A stretch of DNA of 62,857 nucleotides, filler included, from Trichomonas gallinae (lineage: Eukaryota): NCBI GenBank assembly GCA_008369845.1. It is 6 parts of 6 records of this genome, joined end to end, with 100 filler letters (N's around TTAATTAATTAA, not from the genome) between each part and the next. Parts side by side here need not be neighbours in the genome. Positions count along the whole stretch, not along the records: positions 1 to 12,636 come from MRSU01000023.1; 5 more parts are not named here. One strand, written 5' to 3'. Below are positions 1 through 10,709 of the stretch, one piece after another. Below the pieces are notes generated by a model, which worked only from the letters and a program-made list of their open reading frames with translations, was not told the origin of the DNA and made no database searches. The position numbers and the translations under genes are program-made. The stretch's first letter is position 1. The number at the start of each line of letters is the position of its first letter.

Positions 1-210
1 TACGATATGCACGGATTCGTCGGTGAAATCGAGAAGCAGATCCACCTCAACAAGGACAGACTTCCGAAGTGGCTCATCGAAAAGGTCGAGGGCAAGGTTA
101 AGGAAATGAATGCTGCTCTTGCTACATACGACATGACAAAGATCAACGCCGCATTCAAGGCTCTCCAGGCAGTCGCAATGGAAATGCCAGATAACCTCAA
201 GGTTGAGTAA
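1..210 (+). CDS. 3' end of an Hsp70/DnaK-family chaperone (C-terminal lid, probably organellar type); 5' part lies outside the window
   Basis: Frame is open from base 1. EKQ..DRLP..KVEGKVKEMNAAL..DMTKINAAFKALQAVAM resembles the DnaK helical lid. Codon usage is strongly C-ending, like a highly expressed gene. Confidence 0.5.
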   Translation, partial: YDMHGFVGEIEKQIHLNKDRLPKWLIEKVEGKVKEMNAALATYDMTKINAAFKALQAVAMEMPDNLKVE

Positions 211-700
211 GTTTATTATATTAGTATTTTATATTTTTTTATATTGATTGGTATAAAAGTTTTTACATGAAATTCGAAATTTTTTAATGCTTATTTTTTC
301 ATTTGTGCTACATATAAACTATCCTTGTGCTTAAAAAATAGTATTGAAGCTTTAAAAAGTAATTGTTTACGTATTTCATTAAAATCTCAATACAAAATTT
401 CAGTTTATACTGTTTTCATTGAAGTATTACATCTTTTTTCATGTAGTAATCAATTGCTATAGCATTTAAAATATAAAAATCTATATAATATAAAGTGAAC
501 AATTAACTTATGTGTTTTTGCATTTAAATAATGTGTTTTCTATAATTCTTCATGTGAAATGATGATTTAATCATATTACATATGTATAATTCATTATTAA
601 TTTTTGAAAAATATTAAAACTTATTTGTTGGAATTTTTAGTCATCGAATTCGTTTATTTATACACACTGCTATTTAGATATTGAAAATTAAATACATATA

Positions 701-3700
701 ATGTCATGGTCTTTAAACGCACCTACTCCAGTACCACGATCGAAAAAATCGTTTTCCATTGTGTCTAGGAAGGGTGTCCCGATATTTATAAAGCCTGGCA
801 AGATGTATATTTATACAAACAATGGCTGGCAAGTAGAAAATACATTATCAACTCTACATAAGAAAATAACGTCATGCTACATATCACAAAATGGAAAATA
901 CGTACTACACTTACCAAAACTTACGCCATTACTAGCTATTCACGATACAAATGTTCCACCAAATTTAATTAATATCCCTTGCCCTGCATATATTCCAGAA
1001 CAAAAGGTAGACGCGAAAATACAAACAAGAATAGCACCAGATGGTACTAGTTTGCTCATCGCAAATCCTTTCGCTCAAGTAAAAGATGTAACGTATATTT
1101 TTAATGCACAAAATAAGCCAGTTACAGACTTTGCAACGCAAGTAAAGCAATACGCAATATCAGATTCCGGAAAAATTGCAGCTATTTTGCTTGATGATCA
1201 AATTTGGGTTTGGCAACAACTCGAAGAGCAATATCGTGGTGTGGGTTTTTGGACGAATCTCAACGCAGAGCAGCAATTTCCCGGTGGATTTCACGTCGCA
1301 CAGGAATTTCCAGTAACAATATTCAAAAATTTAGCAGTTTTCGATAATCCTGATGAAGGAAAGGGCTGCTGCTTTATCACAGCAGTTTTGCCTCCATCTA
1401 AGCCATGGGATACAATATATTTATTCAACTCAATTTGCAATTTTAATTATTCATATCAGCCGAAATTCAACAGACAGTCAATAGCGCTACCAGTAACAGA
1501 AGGAAAGACCACACCGAGACTATGGTGGAGTCCATGCTGCAGAATATTGTGCGTATCAATCGCAAAAAATCTTGTAATGCTCACAAGAGAATTAGAGCTT
1601 ATTGCTATAATACCACTGATCGATATATTCAAAGCTGATGACTCAGAGATAGCCTGGCTCGCTTGGAGCACCAATCTGCAGTTTTTCGTCGTGACAACTT
1701 GGACAGGATTAATTGGTGCAATAACAAGAGACGGAAAATCATTGAAGCACAAAATTTGTCACATGTCACCTTTCGATGATCAAAAATCCGCTCCACTCGG
1801 CTGTTATTGCGATACTGAGCTCGGCAACGTGTTCGTCATCTATTCAAGAACTAAATTCAGACATTTCACAATCAGAGAACAACTTTTTGAGCATAACATC
1901 GAAAACATTCTTTCGATGCCATTTCCAAACAAGCTCGCATGCAGGTATCAAAAGATGGCTGTCGAGATAATACGCAACATAGAGAAGGAAGGCAGCATAG
2001 AAGAATTCTGCAAACTGATCTACTTCACGGATATTTTCAGGATTTTTAATTTCATGTCTCCACTTAGATACGAAATTCTCGAAGCGATAAAATCTGTGAC
2101 AGACAGCATAGTAAAGTCAAAGAAAAATGACGCGCTAGCTTTCTTTCTAGCGAGGGCTGCCCTTAAGATTACTCAGCAGAGCTTCCCAGCCCTCGACGAC
2201 ATAATGAAGATGCTAGCGACGTCGTCGAATCCTCGCGAGAGACTTTTGCTGAGAATTTTGGACGAAGAGGTTTCTAGAAGAGACTGGGTGATAAAATCGA
2301 TTCCACACTCGAGCGAAATCACATTTTACGACAATTCCGAAGAAGGAACAGCTGGGGCAGTCATAATGGCACCGCCGCATCATAACAGGGACGTTGATGT
2401 CGTCAAAGTTATCAAGTTCATCAACGGTTTATTGTTCAAGCGCGAATTCGACGCAAATCTCGATGACGTGGAGATAGATTTGAACATTTTACTTGAGATT
2501 CTGATAGAGCTGGGAAGGTTCGATCGTGCGCTAAAAATTGCAAGGCACCCATCAATAGGATCAGGAGTTCCAAAAGTTTTCGCGAGAGTCATTTCACTTC
2601 ACCCAACAAACTCGGCATCGATCTACAAAACGATGCTGTTGTGCATCGAGCTCGACAGAGACAATGAAGACGACATAAGAGCTTTGTGCTTAGATGCCTT
2701 GCTGAACATAATGAGACAGAGAATTGCTGATACTGCTCCTAATTACAGAGATAAGGACGAAATCGCTGTCTCTGAGTTATGCATGGCTGAAGAATGCATT
2801 GATTTACCAATACCTGAGAGCGCCGCTGAGTGCCAAGACTTTGGCATAGTCACTGCTTTAGCTTTCTGCGCGACAGGATTCCAAAACGCGTCGTATTTCT
2901 TCAACGGACGAAGCCAGATGATTCCGAGCGTTTTGAGAGGCCCGACGCGCGAACTCTTCAGGTTGCTATGGTTCATCAGGTGGCGCCACAACGCGTTCCA
3001 GGAAGCAATGACTAAAGGAAAGCCTGGCGATGCAGCTTTGAGGCTTCTTGAGTTCCCAGAATTCATCAATGTCGAGCAAAGCCGCGCGATGATAGAAAAC
3101 TTATTCGAGCAAGATTCGGCGAACTTCAGCCCGGATGTTTACGAGCATTACGTGACAGAGAAAGACAAAGATTTCGAGCTGGATCCAGACTTCGTTGACT
3201 TTGCCTGCGAGTTTGCTGCAAGACTCACTCAGAAAGACCTCACAGATGTCTCTAATGTTGTCTTAGGATTCATTGCATCAGAACAAGATATTCCACACTC
3301 GACAATTCTCCTTGCTGCAGTTGTTTCTCATCTTCTTCCGTGGCTGAGGACAGCAATTCCTCTCGCAATGACTGGCTACGTTATGCCGATGGTTGTTCCA
3401 AACGCTTTGCTTGAAGTCGAGGATTTCTCATTCCCGAGAATTCAGCCAGTTTTAGCTCCGACAAAACCGAAGAAGCCCGATGTTGTAATTGAAAGCGTCG
3501 AAGAAGAAGTTCCCGTGCAAGCCGCGGAAGATATGATTGACTCTATTTCATCAGATGAAGAGTTCAAACTCCCGCCAATGGAGCTGCCACTCGCAAAACC
3601 AGGACCAGGCGGTGACTATCTGTCTGAAGGCGAAGAAGATTTGCGGCCGAAGAAAGAAAGAGTCAAAAAAGATAAACCGAAGAAAGAAAAGAAAGAAAAA

Positions 3701-4387
3701 CCTAAGAAAGCGAAGAGAGAAAAGCCAACTCGTGAGCGTCCCAGATTGAGACTGATCGATGTCGACCCTGATCAAGCAGTTAAAGAAAAACCTCACGTTC
3801 CAGGCCAGCCAAGACTGATTGCTGTCACTCCGCCAGCGCCAATGGTTCCTGGCGGTTATGGGCCGACAATTCCTCCGTCGCCTGAAGAACTCAAGCAGAA
3901 TCTGCCTGGTCCTGGCTTCGGAATACCAATGCTCGGCCCTGCTATGCCGCCTTACACTCCAAGTGTCTACATGCCTGCCCAGAATAACCAGGGGCCTGCA
4001 TTTGGGCCTATATGGGACATGGATCCATCACTCTTCAATAGAAACTTCCCGAAGCCTATGCCAAACATTCCGCTCGAAAAGAACAGGAATGGAGCTTACT
4101 CTACACAAGGTGTTCAAGCGCAGCCTATGTTCCAGCCTAAGACAGAATACGTGATGATAGCGAAAGAGAAGGAGCATCAGTTCGACACTGAGTCTGTTTC
4201 TGGGTTTTCATTCAGTTCTGCGGGCCCAGAATATCCTCCTCTCGATCCATTCCCGTTCGATGATGAGCTTAGCAGAAGAGTTGAGAGACTTCTCAATGAG
4301 CCATACGTTAATGAAACTGTCGTCAGCAGAAAAAGGGTCATCAAGAAAGGAAGAAATCTCGATGATGAACCAACAAAAGATTATTAA
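701..4387 (+). CDS. 1228-aa hypothetical protein: N-terminal WD40-like beta-propeller, helical middle, Lys/Glu- and Pro-rich low-complexity tail
   Basis: Long uninterrupted ORF. Propeller-like strand motifs (YAISDSGKIAAI, LWWSPCCRIL, WLAWSTNLQFFVV). Confidence 0.8.
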   Translation: MSWSLNAPTPVPRSKKSFSIVSRKGVPIFIKPGKMYIYTNNGWQVENTLSTLHKKITSCYISQNGKYVLHLPKLTPLLAIHDTNVPPNLINIPCPAYIPEQKVDAKIQTRIAPDGTSLLIANPFAQVKDVTYIFNAQNKPVTDFATQVKQYAISDSGKIAAILLDDQIWVWQQLEEQYRGVGFWTNLNAEQQFPGGFHVAQEFPVTIFKNLAVFDNPDEGKGCCFITAVLPPSKPWDTIYLFNSICNFNYSYQPKFNRQSIALPVTEGKTTPRLWWSPCCRILCVSIAKNLVMLTRELELIAIIPLIDIFKADDSEIAWLAWSTNLQFFVVTTWTGLIGAITRDGKSLKHKICHMSPFDDQKSAPLGCYCDTELGNVFVIYSRTKFRHFTIREQLFEHNIENILSMPFPNKLACRYQKMAVEIIRNIEKEGSIEEFCKLIYFTDIFRIFNFMSPLRYEILEAIKSVTDSIVKSKKNDALAFFLARAALKITQQSFPALDDIMKMLATSSNPRERLLLRILDEEVSRRDWVIKSIPHSSEITFYDNSEEGTAGAVIMAPPHHNRDVDVVKVIKFINGLLFKREFDANLDDVEIDLNILLEILIELGRFDRALKIARHPSIGSGVPKVFARVISLHPTNSASIYKTMLLCIELDRDNEDDIRALCLDALLNIMRQRIADTAPNYRDKDEIAVSELCMAEECIDLPIPESAAECQDFGIVTALAFCATGFQNASYFFNGRSQMIPSVLRGPTRELFRLLWFIRWRHNAFQEAMTKGKPGDAALRLLEFPEFINVEQSRAMIENLFEQDSANFSPDVYEHYVTEKDKDFELDPDFVDFACEFAARLTQKDLTDVSNVVLGFIASEQDIPHSTILLAAVVSHLLPWLRTAIPLAMTGYVMPMVVPNALLEVEDFSFPRIQPVLAPTKPKKPDVVIESVEEEVPVQAAEDMIDSISSDEEFKLPPMELPLAKPGPGGDYLSEGEEDLRPKKERVKKDKPKKEKKEKPKKAKREKPTRERPRLRLIDVDPDQAVKEKPHVPGQPRLIAVTPPAPMVPGGYGPTIPPSPEELKQNLPGPGFGIPMLGPAMPPYTPSVYMPAQNNQGPAFGPIWDMDPSLFNRNFPKPMPNIPLEKNRNGAYSTQGVQAQPMFQPKTEYVMIAKEKEHQFDTESVSGFSFSSAGPEYPPLDPFPFDDELSRRVERLLNEPYVNETVVSRKRVIKKGRNLDDEPTKDY

Positions 4388-4895
4388 TTTTGTTATTTTT
4401 TGTTTTTGTTATGTTATATTTTTTATTATAAATTGTTAGTTATGTATCTGTATCTGATACTTCTCAATTATATTTCAGCAATCATTAGCATCGTTTATAA
4501 TTCATAATGAAATAATTTCTAGTCATGTGTTTGTATATGATGCTAAATCATTATATTTAGCAATCATGCGCGGGAGACATATATAGTTTCATTCTTTTTC
4601 TCTCTTTTTATCGTGTCTTGTAAAATTTTGACAAAAACTGATTTATCTGACATGTAAATCATACAAATTTCTATAAAATATGACATTTCGTCATGTAAAA
4701 CTATTTGCATATCATCTTGTTCACTCTTTTAAAAAAACACGCAATTAGAATAAAATATGGTAATCATGATCCAGATTGTCATATAGTTATGTTTGTGATG
4801 CAAATAACTGAACAAAACCAAGTAGAATTTTTGATTCATGATGAAATAAAATTTTTGACACGTAAAATGTGTAAATTGTCACTTTTTGATAATTT

Positions 4896-5879
4896 ATGCA
4901 AGTTCCAGATATAGAAGGCAAAATTATTAAGCAATTGGAGAAGTTGCTTAATAGTGCTGCCAATATTCACGACACTCGCAAAAACCACATCAATTCAGAC
5001 GTCACTTACCTCGAAAATGTCTCGAAAACAATATCAAATTTAATTCAATCGCTTGGATTTAAAGTCGAAAACCCATTTTTATTCAATCCATTCTACACAC
5101 TCCCGGCCGGCATCGCTTTTGACGAAATGCATTCGACATTTGTAAACATTACAAATAATCTAAACAACGAAGCAATTCCTGGCCTTAAAAAATGCATATC
5201 CCAGCTAACATCATCAAAGGAAAAGATGCTTAAGTCGATTCAGCAGAATATGGATAATCTCCGTAAAAATTCAAATAAATATTTTGAAAACGTTAGTGGT
5301 ATCGCGAAAAGCAGAGAAACCCTCACTCTTCTCGATAACATCGATAACCAATTCATAACTGGTGGCCAATCGCATGCAGCATTCATGGGATTACTCAAAA
5401 CAATCTCAGAAATCGAAGCAAAAACGAAGCAAGATCTCAATGAAGAAGAAGCTCTATTCGAAAAAATCAAAAATACTGAGGCTTCTATAATAGAAAAGAC
5501 GTGTCAAACAATATCAAATGGATTACCTTTCTTACAAGACATTCCGAATAAGAAACGCGAATACAACGAAGTAGATGAAGTCAACCACTGGAGAATTCTT
5601 ATATTACAGACATATCTTGAGCTGAAATCGACTCATACGATTATTCCTGTTTCTCAACGCGAAACAGCGAAGAGGAACTGGTGCACATGCTATCAGATGA
5701 CGCCTTTCTATGCTCGTGTGTGGGAAGATCATCCAAAGAACTCAGATCAAGAAATTCAATTATATAAGAAAGAAACAGTCAAAGTTTTGGAGTGTGATCT
5801 CGGTGATTATTGGCTTGTACAGAAGCCAGATGAATCAACAGGACTTGCTCCTTGCTCGAAACTTCAACCTGTTGAATAA
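4896..5879 (+). CDS. Coiled-coil (BAR/F-BAR-like) protein with C-terminal SH3 domain
   Basis: C-terminal YARVWEDH...EIQLYKKETVKVLE...DYWLVQ...TGLAPCSKL fits the SH3 pattern. N-terminus is helical. Inr-like TCACTT lies about 16 nt upstream. Confidence 0.75.
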   Translation: MQVPDIEGKIIKQLEKLLNSAANIHDTRKNHINSDVTYLENVSKTISNLIQSLGFKVENPFLFNPFYTLPAGIAFDEMHSTFVNITNNLNNEAIPGLKKCISQLTSSKEKMLKSIQQNMDNLRKNSNKYFENVSGIAKSRETLTLLDNIDNQFITGGQSHAAFMGLLKTISEIEAKTKQDLNEEEALFEKIKNTEASIIEKTCQTISNGLPFLQDIPNKKREYNEVDEVNHWRILILQTYLELKSTHTIIPVSQRETAKRNWCTCYQMTPFYARVWEDHPKNSDQEIQLYKKETVKVLECDLGDYWLVQKPDESTGLAPCSKLQPVE

Positions 5880-6352
5880 TTTTACTATTTTTTTGTTATT
5901 TTTTTAATCATGTTTATGGTTATCGTTTGTAAATAAGAATTATTATTGTCATTGTTTATTAACATCACTTTTTTTCTACTAATACATCCAAAAAGAGAAG
6001 GACTTCAAGTTCGTTATCAACTTTAAGAAGAATAAAGTAGAAATCTTGACTACCAAACATTTCGCAATGTTGGTTGTTCAAGAAAAAGTAATTAATATGA
6101 AAATAAAAACAGCATAATGAAAATGTTGATATTTTGTGCATCTATATCACAAGATTTATCCATAAACATAATGTTTAACTCAATCATTTTCGAGAGAAAG
6201 ATGTAAAAAGAAAATATTAATTATTCAGCGATTGGATAAGTTTTATATTACTGTTAATTTTGGTGCACATATGAGACTGTTCATGTCATATGATTTACAA
6301 ACTTTGAAATTAAGTTTAGTTTTTCAATAATCTAATAATAAGAAATAATTTT

Positions 6353-6455
6353 AAAATATGACATGTAAAAATATACAAATCAAATAAAAAATATGACATG
6401 TAAAAATATACAAATCAAAAAATTTAAATATGACATGTAAATATTTACAATTCAA
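6353..6455 (+). repeat. Three ~35-bp tandem units (AAATATGACATGTAAAAATATACAAATCAAA) upstream of the 6495 ATG
   Basis: TGACATGTAAA cores begin at 6359, 6394 and 6431. Confidence 0.9.
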
Positions 6456-6494
6456 AAATTTGGTTTACTTTTTTCCAAAAAAAAAAATCTAAAA

Positions 6495-9400
6495 ATGCCC
6501 AAAGAGAAGAATACTAAGAAATCAACATTACTTTTTTCCAGAACAAATGGCTTCAGCAAACCAATGAGTGAAGTCCCACCCATTGATGGATTCGTTTTCA
6601 ATAATAACGAACTCAATTCTGAAGATATTATTAAATTAAATCTAATGATATCTTGTTTTAACAACGGTGATCATATTAATGTATCTTCTCGTCGAGAAAA
6701 TCTCTCTCCTGATATTTTTGGCTCGCTTTGCCAATACTTATATGGTGAGAATAATATTACTGGGCCATTTTTAGCGATTCTTCCACCTGAAGTATTAAAT
6801 GACTGGAAGAAATCTTTCTCTACAATCAATATTTTCGAAATTCTTTATATTAACGGATCATCAGAAGAACGCGAAAATTTAATCAAAACAGGACTCAAAG
6901 ACAACGGATATCTTACATTCAACATCGCTCTTACAACTCTAGACAATTATATCAATGATTACTCTCATTTTGAAAACTTAAAATGGGCTTTTGCATACGT
7001 TTGTGGAGATTTAGAGAATAAAGCACTGAAAATCAATTCGCACTGCATAGTATACAACAAATTCGAGCTATTTGATAAATATTCGAAAAAAACACATGAA
7101 CTTATATCTACATTGTGCAGAATTGACCTTCCGCCTGATGAAAAGGATCAGATTTATCTCATACAAAAGCAATTTCAACTTTTCTTCCCTTCATATGATA
7201 ACGAAATACGTAATATTGATAATATTCCTGAAATTCACTATATTAACTGCCCATTGCTTTCTGTACAACGTCAATGCATTAAAAATCTCATCGAAGATCA
7301 TATATCCGATATCAAAAACAAGAAATTTACCGTTTTACGCAAAAAGATCGAAAGAATCTGTCATCATCCTTATCTTTTACTAGGAAATGAGAAGCAATTT
7401 ACAGAAGACATCGTAAGTGCATCATCTAAAATGATTGCAATCGATAATATACTGTCAACAACACATAATCGAATCGCATTCGTCTCTGATTACATTAGAT
7501 ATCTCGATATTATCGAAGATTATTTGACAGAAAAGGGTGTTTTATTTACTCGCCACAGATATTCTAACGCAATCTCTTTAATTCATTTAAGAGATTTGTA
7601 TTTCTTCGAAGAAGTCGATAAAGCAGACACAATTGTTTTCGTTGATACAGAAATTGAAAACATCAAAGGAAAGAAGCAATTAATTCGTCTTTCATGCGAT
7701 GATCTTTGTGAAACAAAATGGAGGCAATATGATGATGAAACGATTTGCAAGTTTGCATATATAAAGGCTTTTCAGGCATATAATATAGAATTTGAGTTTA
7801 AAGAATCAAAATCTCCAAAACAAATTTCTCAATCAATTTTAAATCTTTGCAAAGCAGAAAATTTCTGGGATGATTATGTCAACATTGAACGAAAGGATGA
7901 ACCACAAGAAGAAAAACTTACAGAATGCGAAAAATTAACAATCAGACAAAGAAATCAGTTCATTCGTTGCATATTCAACAATTTCTGGGGCCACATGGAT
8001 CTATACAGGAATTTTATTGGCATGAACATAACAAATTCGTGTATTAAGAAAATATCAGATATTATTGTTAGAAGAGTCCTCAGTTTATCATCAAAACCAC
8101 AACAATTCAATACAATCAGCGATATTTTAGCAAAAGAACAATGCGAAAATAATATTATTGATTTTGACGAAAAAACTACATTATATTTCAAGAATAACGC
8201 AGACAAACTCCTTAAAAGTCTCCAAATTCTAAGATTCTTAGAATGTGCGGCAAAAGGCGAACTTAAAATGGAATTTCAAATTCCAGACGATTTCCACGAG
8301 GCCTGGTGGAATAAAGAGCACAGTGCAGCACTTCTTAAGTACATTTCTGTCCATGGATTTGGCTGCTATGATGATATCGACATGGAAGAACAGCCAATTT
8401 ATCAATTAATTTCGGATAACGTCACAAACCTCGGAAACATCATGAATTATTCGCTCATCATTGCCGAGGAGGCCTCAAAGAGCTGCCCAACGAAATCAAT
8501 TGTCCAATATTTCTTTGTTTCTCCTTCAACGAAAGAAAATTGGACTGATTTAGAAATCATAAAGATTATTGACTTACTCTTTAACAGCGGCATCCCTCTA
8601 GACAGCAATGGAACAGAGGACTACAAGTCTATTGTCGACTCACTCCAACTCAGAGACAAAACAGCTGAACAAGCCGAAATGTTGATCCGCGAAATGACTG
8701 AAATGGCGACAGCTAAAAATTCCATCGAATTCTTCCACGACCACTCAGAGTCATTCATCGAACACATCACAACTATGAAGGATCTACACTTTATCTTGGA
8801 TGGAAGATCTGATGACGAGCTTTTCTTCATTTTGCACAGAACTAAAAAGTGGCAGAATTTGCCGAAACTATTCACGCAGCAGCTTGAATTGAAGTATTTC
8901 AGGATGTTACTCAAGCAAGGCTTCGATTCACTGCCCGAAATAGCAAAAGATGAAGAGATTTTGGCGGCATTCGGGAAACAAAAAACATCACCTCTCGTCA
9001 AATTCACAAAAATATCATCAAGAATTCACACAATTGCGGAATCGATAAGAACTGGCAAAGAGATCACAGAAGAGACAGTCAGCCAATACATCAAGAGAAG
9101 CAGGAGAGGCTCGGCTGCAGCAAACACAGAAAAAACTGACGAAAACAATGGCGATAACCAAACCACTCCTTCTCCTAAACCAAAATCACGCTCCAAAACA
9201 GCAAAACCAAAACCGCCAGTCACAGCAACAACAACAGCAGCAGTGTCAGCAGCCAAACCATCAGAAACAACTCCATCTACAGCAGAACCAACTGAAAAGA
9301 CAGATAAACCTCCAGCACCTGTTGTTGTTAAATCAGAATCTAAAGATGAAGTTAATAATAATGAAAATGCAGCTGCTCACAGAAAACCAGCAAACGGAAG

Positions 9401-10160
9401 GATAACCAAAGAAACATTACTGAAAGATGTAACATTTCCATTTGAAATCACAGCGACGACGAAAGTTCACTCGCTTGGTGAGATAGTTTGGAACAGGCCA
9501 GCCTATCATACCGAGAGATATGTTTATCCGGTCGGCTACAAAATCAGCCGCGTCGGAAAATCTACAACTGTTCCTAATGAAACTGTTGTTTACATCAGCG
9601 AAATCCTTGACAACGGTGAAGCTCCTTTGTTTAGAGTCCACACAGAAGACGGCTCTCAAGTATTCGAAGGAGCGACGCCAACAGCTCCTTGGTCGACAAT
9701 CCTCAAAGAAGCAGCAAAACTCAATAACACGCAAGGTCGCAGTTTATCTGTTTCTGGACCAGAGATGTACCTGATTTCCAACCAGCAGGTCTATAACTTG
9801 ATGCTTCAGATGCCTGGCATCGACAAATGCGAAGGTTTCACGCCAGCAGATATAAAGCCAAGAAACGGATCAAGGAGGAAGAAACCGGTTGAAGGAGAAA
9901 ATGCACAAGCTGCTCAGAAGCCTGCATCAGATAAGAAGACGCAAGCACAAAAGAAAGAGGAAGCTAAGAAAGTCGCCGAAGAGATGAAGAAGCAGACAGA
10001 AGAGAAACTCAAAGCGGAGAGGAGAGAGTTGAAAGAAGAGAAAAGGAAGGAGAGAGAAAGAAGAAGAAGAGAAAGGAAATCCGATGACTCAGACGAAGAA
10101 GATATTTCAGAATCTTCAAGCGACAGCTCTGACTCAACAGATTCGGAGTTTTGTGAATGA
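6495..10160 (+). CDS. CHD/SNF2-like chromatin protein with a degenerate ATPase region and C-terminal FYRN/FYRC domains
   Basis: CHD-like blocks: GPFLAILP..LNDW, FNIALTT, ICHHPYLL, SASSKMIAIDNIL, LDIIEDYL, WWNKEH..LL..HGFG. FYR motifs: SLGEIV..YHTERYVYPVGY, GEAPLFRV, PTAPW, SGPEMY. Confidence 0.75.
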   Translation: MPKEKNTKKSTLLFSRTNGFSKPMSEVPPIDGFVFNNNELNSEDIIKLNLMISCFNNGDHINVSSRRENLSPDIFGSLCQYLYGENNITGPFLAILPPEVLNDWKKSFSTINIFEILYINGSSEERENLIKTGLKDNGYLTFNIALTTLDNYINDYSHFENLKWAFAYVCGDLENKALKINSHCIVYNKFELFDKYSKKTHELISTLCRIDLPPDEKDQIYLIQKQFQLFFPSYDNEIRNIDNIPEIHYINCPLLSVQRQCIKNLIEDHISDIKNKKFTVLRKKIERICHHPYLLLGNEKQFTEDIVSASSKMIAIDNILSTTHNRIAFVSDYIRYLDIIEDYLTEKGVLFTRHRYSNAISLIHLRDLYFFEEVDKADTIVFVDTEIENIKGKKQLIRLSCDDLCETKWRQYDDETICKFAYIKAFQAYNIEFEFKESKSPKQISQSILNLCKAENFWDDYVNIERKDEPQEEKLTECEKLTIRQRNQFIRCIFNNFWGHMDLYRNFIGMNITNSCIKKISDIIVRRVLSLSSKPQQFNTISDILAKEQCENNIIDFDEKTTLYFKNNADKLLKSLQILRFLECAAKGELKMEFQIPDDFHEAWWNKEHSAALLKYISVHGFGCYDDIDMEEQPIYQLISDNVTNLGNIMNYSLIIAEEASKSCPTKSIVQYFFVSPSTKENWTDLEIIKIIDLLFNSGIPLDSNGTEDYKSIVDSLQLRDKTAEQAEMLIREMTEMATAKNSIEFFHDHSESFIEHITTMKDLHFILDGRSDDELFFILHRTKKWQNLPKLFTQQLELKYFRMLLKQGFDSLPEIAKDEEILAAFGKQKTSPLVKFTKISSRIHTIAESIRTGKEITEETVSQYIKRSRRGSAAANTEKTDENNGDNQTTPSPKPKSRSKTAKPKPPVTATTTAAVSAAKPSETTPSTAEPTEKTDKPPAPVVVKSESKDEVNNNENAAAHRKPANGRITKETLLKDVTFPFEITATTKVHSLGEIVWNRPAYHTERYVYPVGYKISRVGKSTTVPNETVVYISEILDNGEAPLFRVHTEDGSQVFEGATPTAPWSTILKEAAKLNNTQGRSLSVSGPEMYLISNQQVYNLMLQMPGIDKCEGFTPADIKPRNGSRRKKPVEGENAQAAQKPASDKKTQAQKKEEAKKVAEEMKKQTEEKLKAERRELKEEKRKERERRRRERKSDDSDEEDISESSSDSSDSTDSEFCE

Positions 10161-10709
10161 GATGTTTTATTTTTTATATCTATATTAAATATTATATTTT
10201 ATATCATATTTTTAATCGCATTATTTTGAAAATAAACTAGTTATTGCTTCAGACTCAGTTCTATTATTTTTCAGTATATGCACTCAAATTGTTGTCACAA
10301 TCTTCCTCAATATTCGTCCAAATCAAAAAATGAAAACACCACACTTATCAGCAATTGCGCATGAATACATGGCATGATATAAGGCTTCATCTAATAGGTT
10401 TCATATGCATATTTACAATTCTTCAAGAAGAGGTGTAGTAAAGGCGATTGAAAAGTATATGATATGTATAAAGAATATTTATACCAAAGTTTCAAGCCAT
10501 GAAAAAGTAGTTTCACTTGTTACCACACCTCTCTTCAAGTTCCGAAAAGCATCATGGTGTTATGCAGGTCAAAGAGCCAAAAAATAAAGTGTCAAATTGG
10601 CAGCTGTTCTAAAAGTGACATTAGAATTTCTGACATGTAAAAAAATTGACATTTTAAATAGGGTCGTTGCAGGATAAAGACCCTATTTATTTTCTTAACG
10701 CATATAGAT

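Noticed and set aside
10429..10532. 13-bp inverted repeat AGAGGTGTAGTAA / TTACCACACCTCT
   Set aside because: One mismatch, a ~80-nt spacer, and no TSD or box motifs. It cannot be distinguished from chance.
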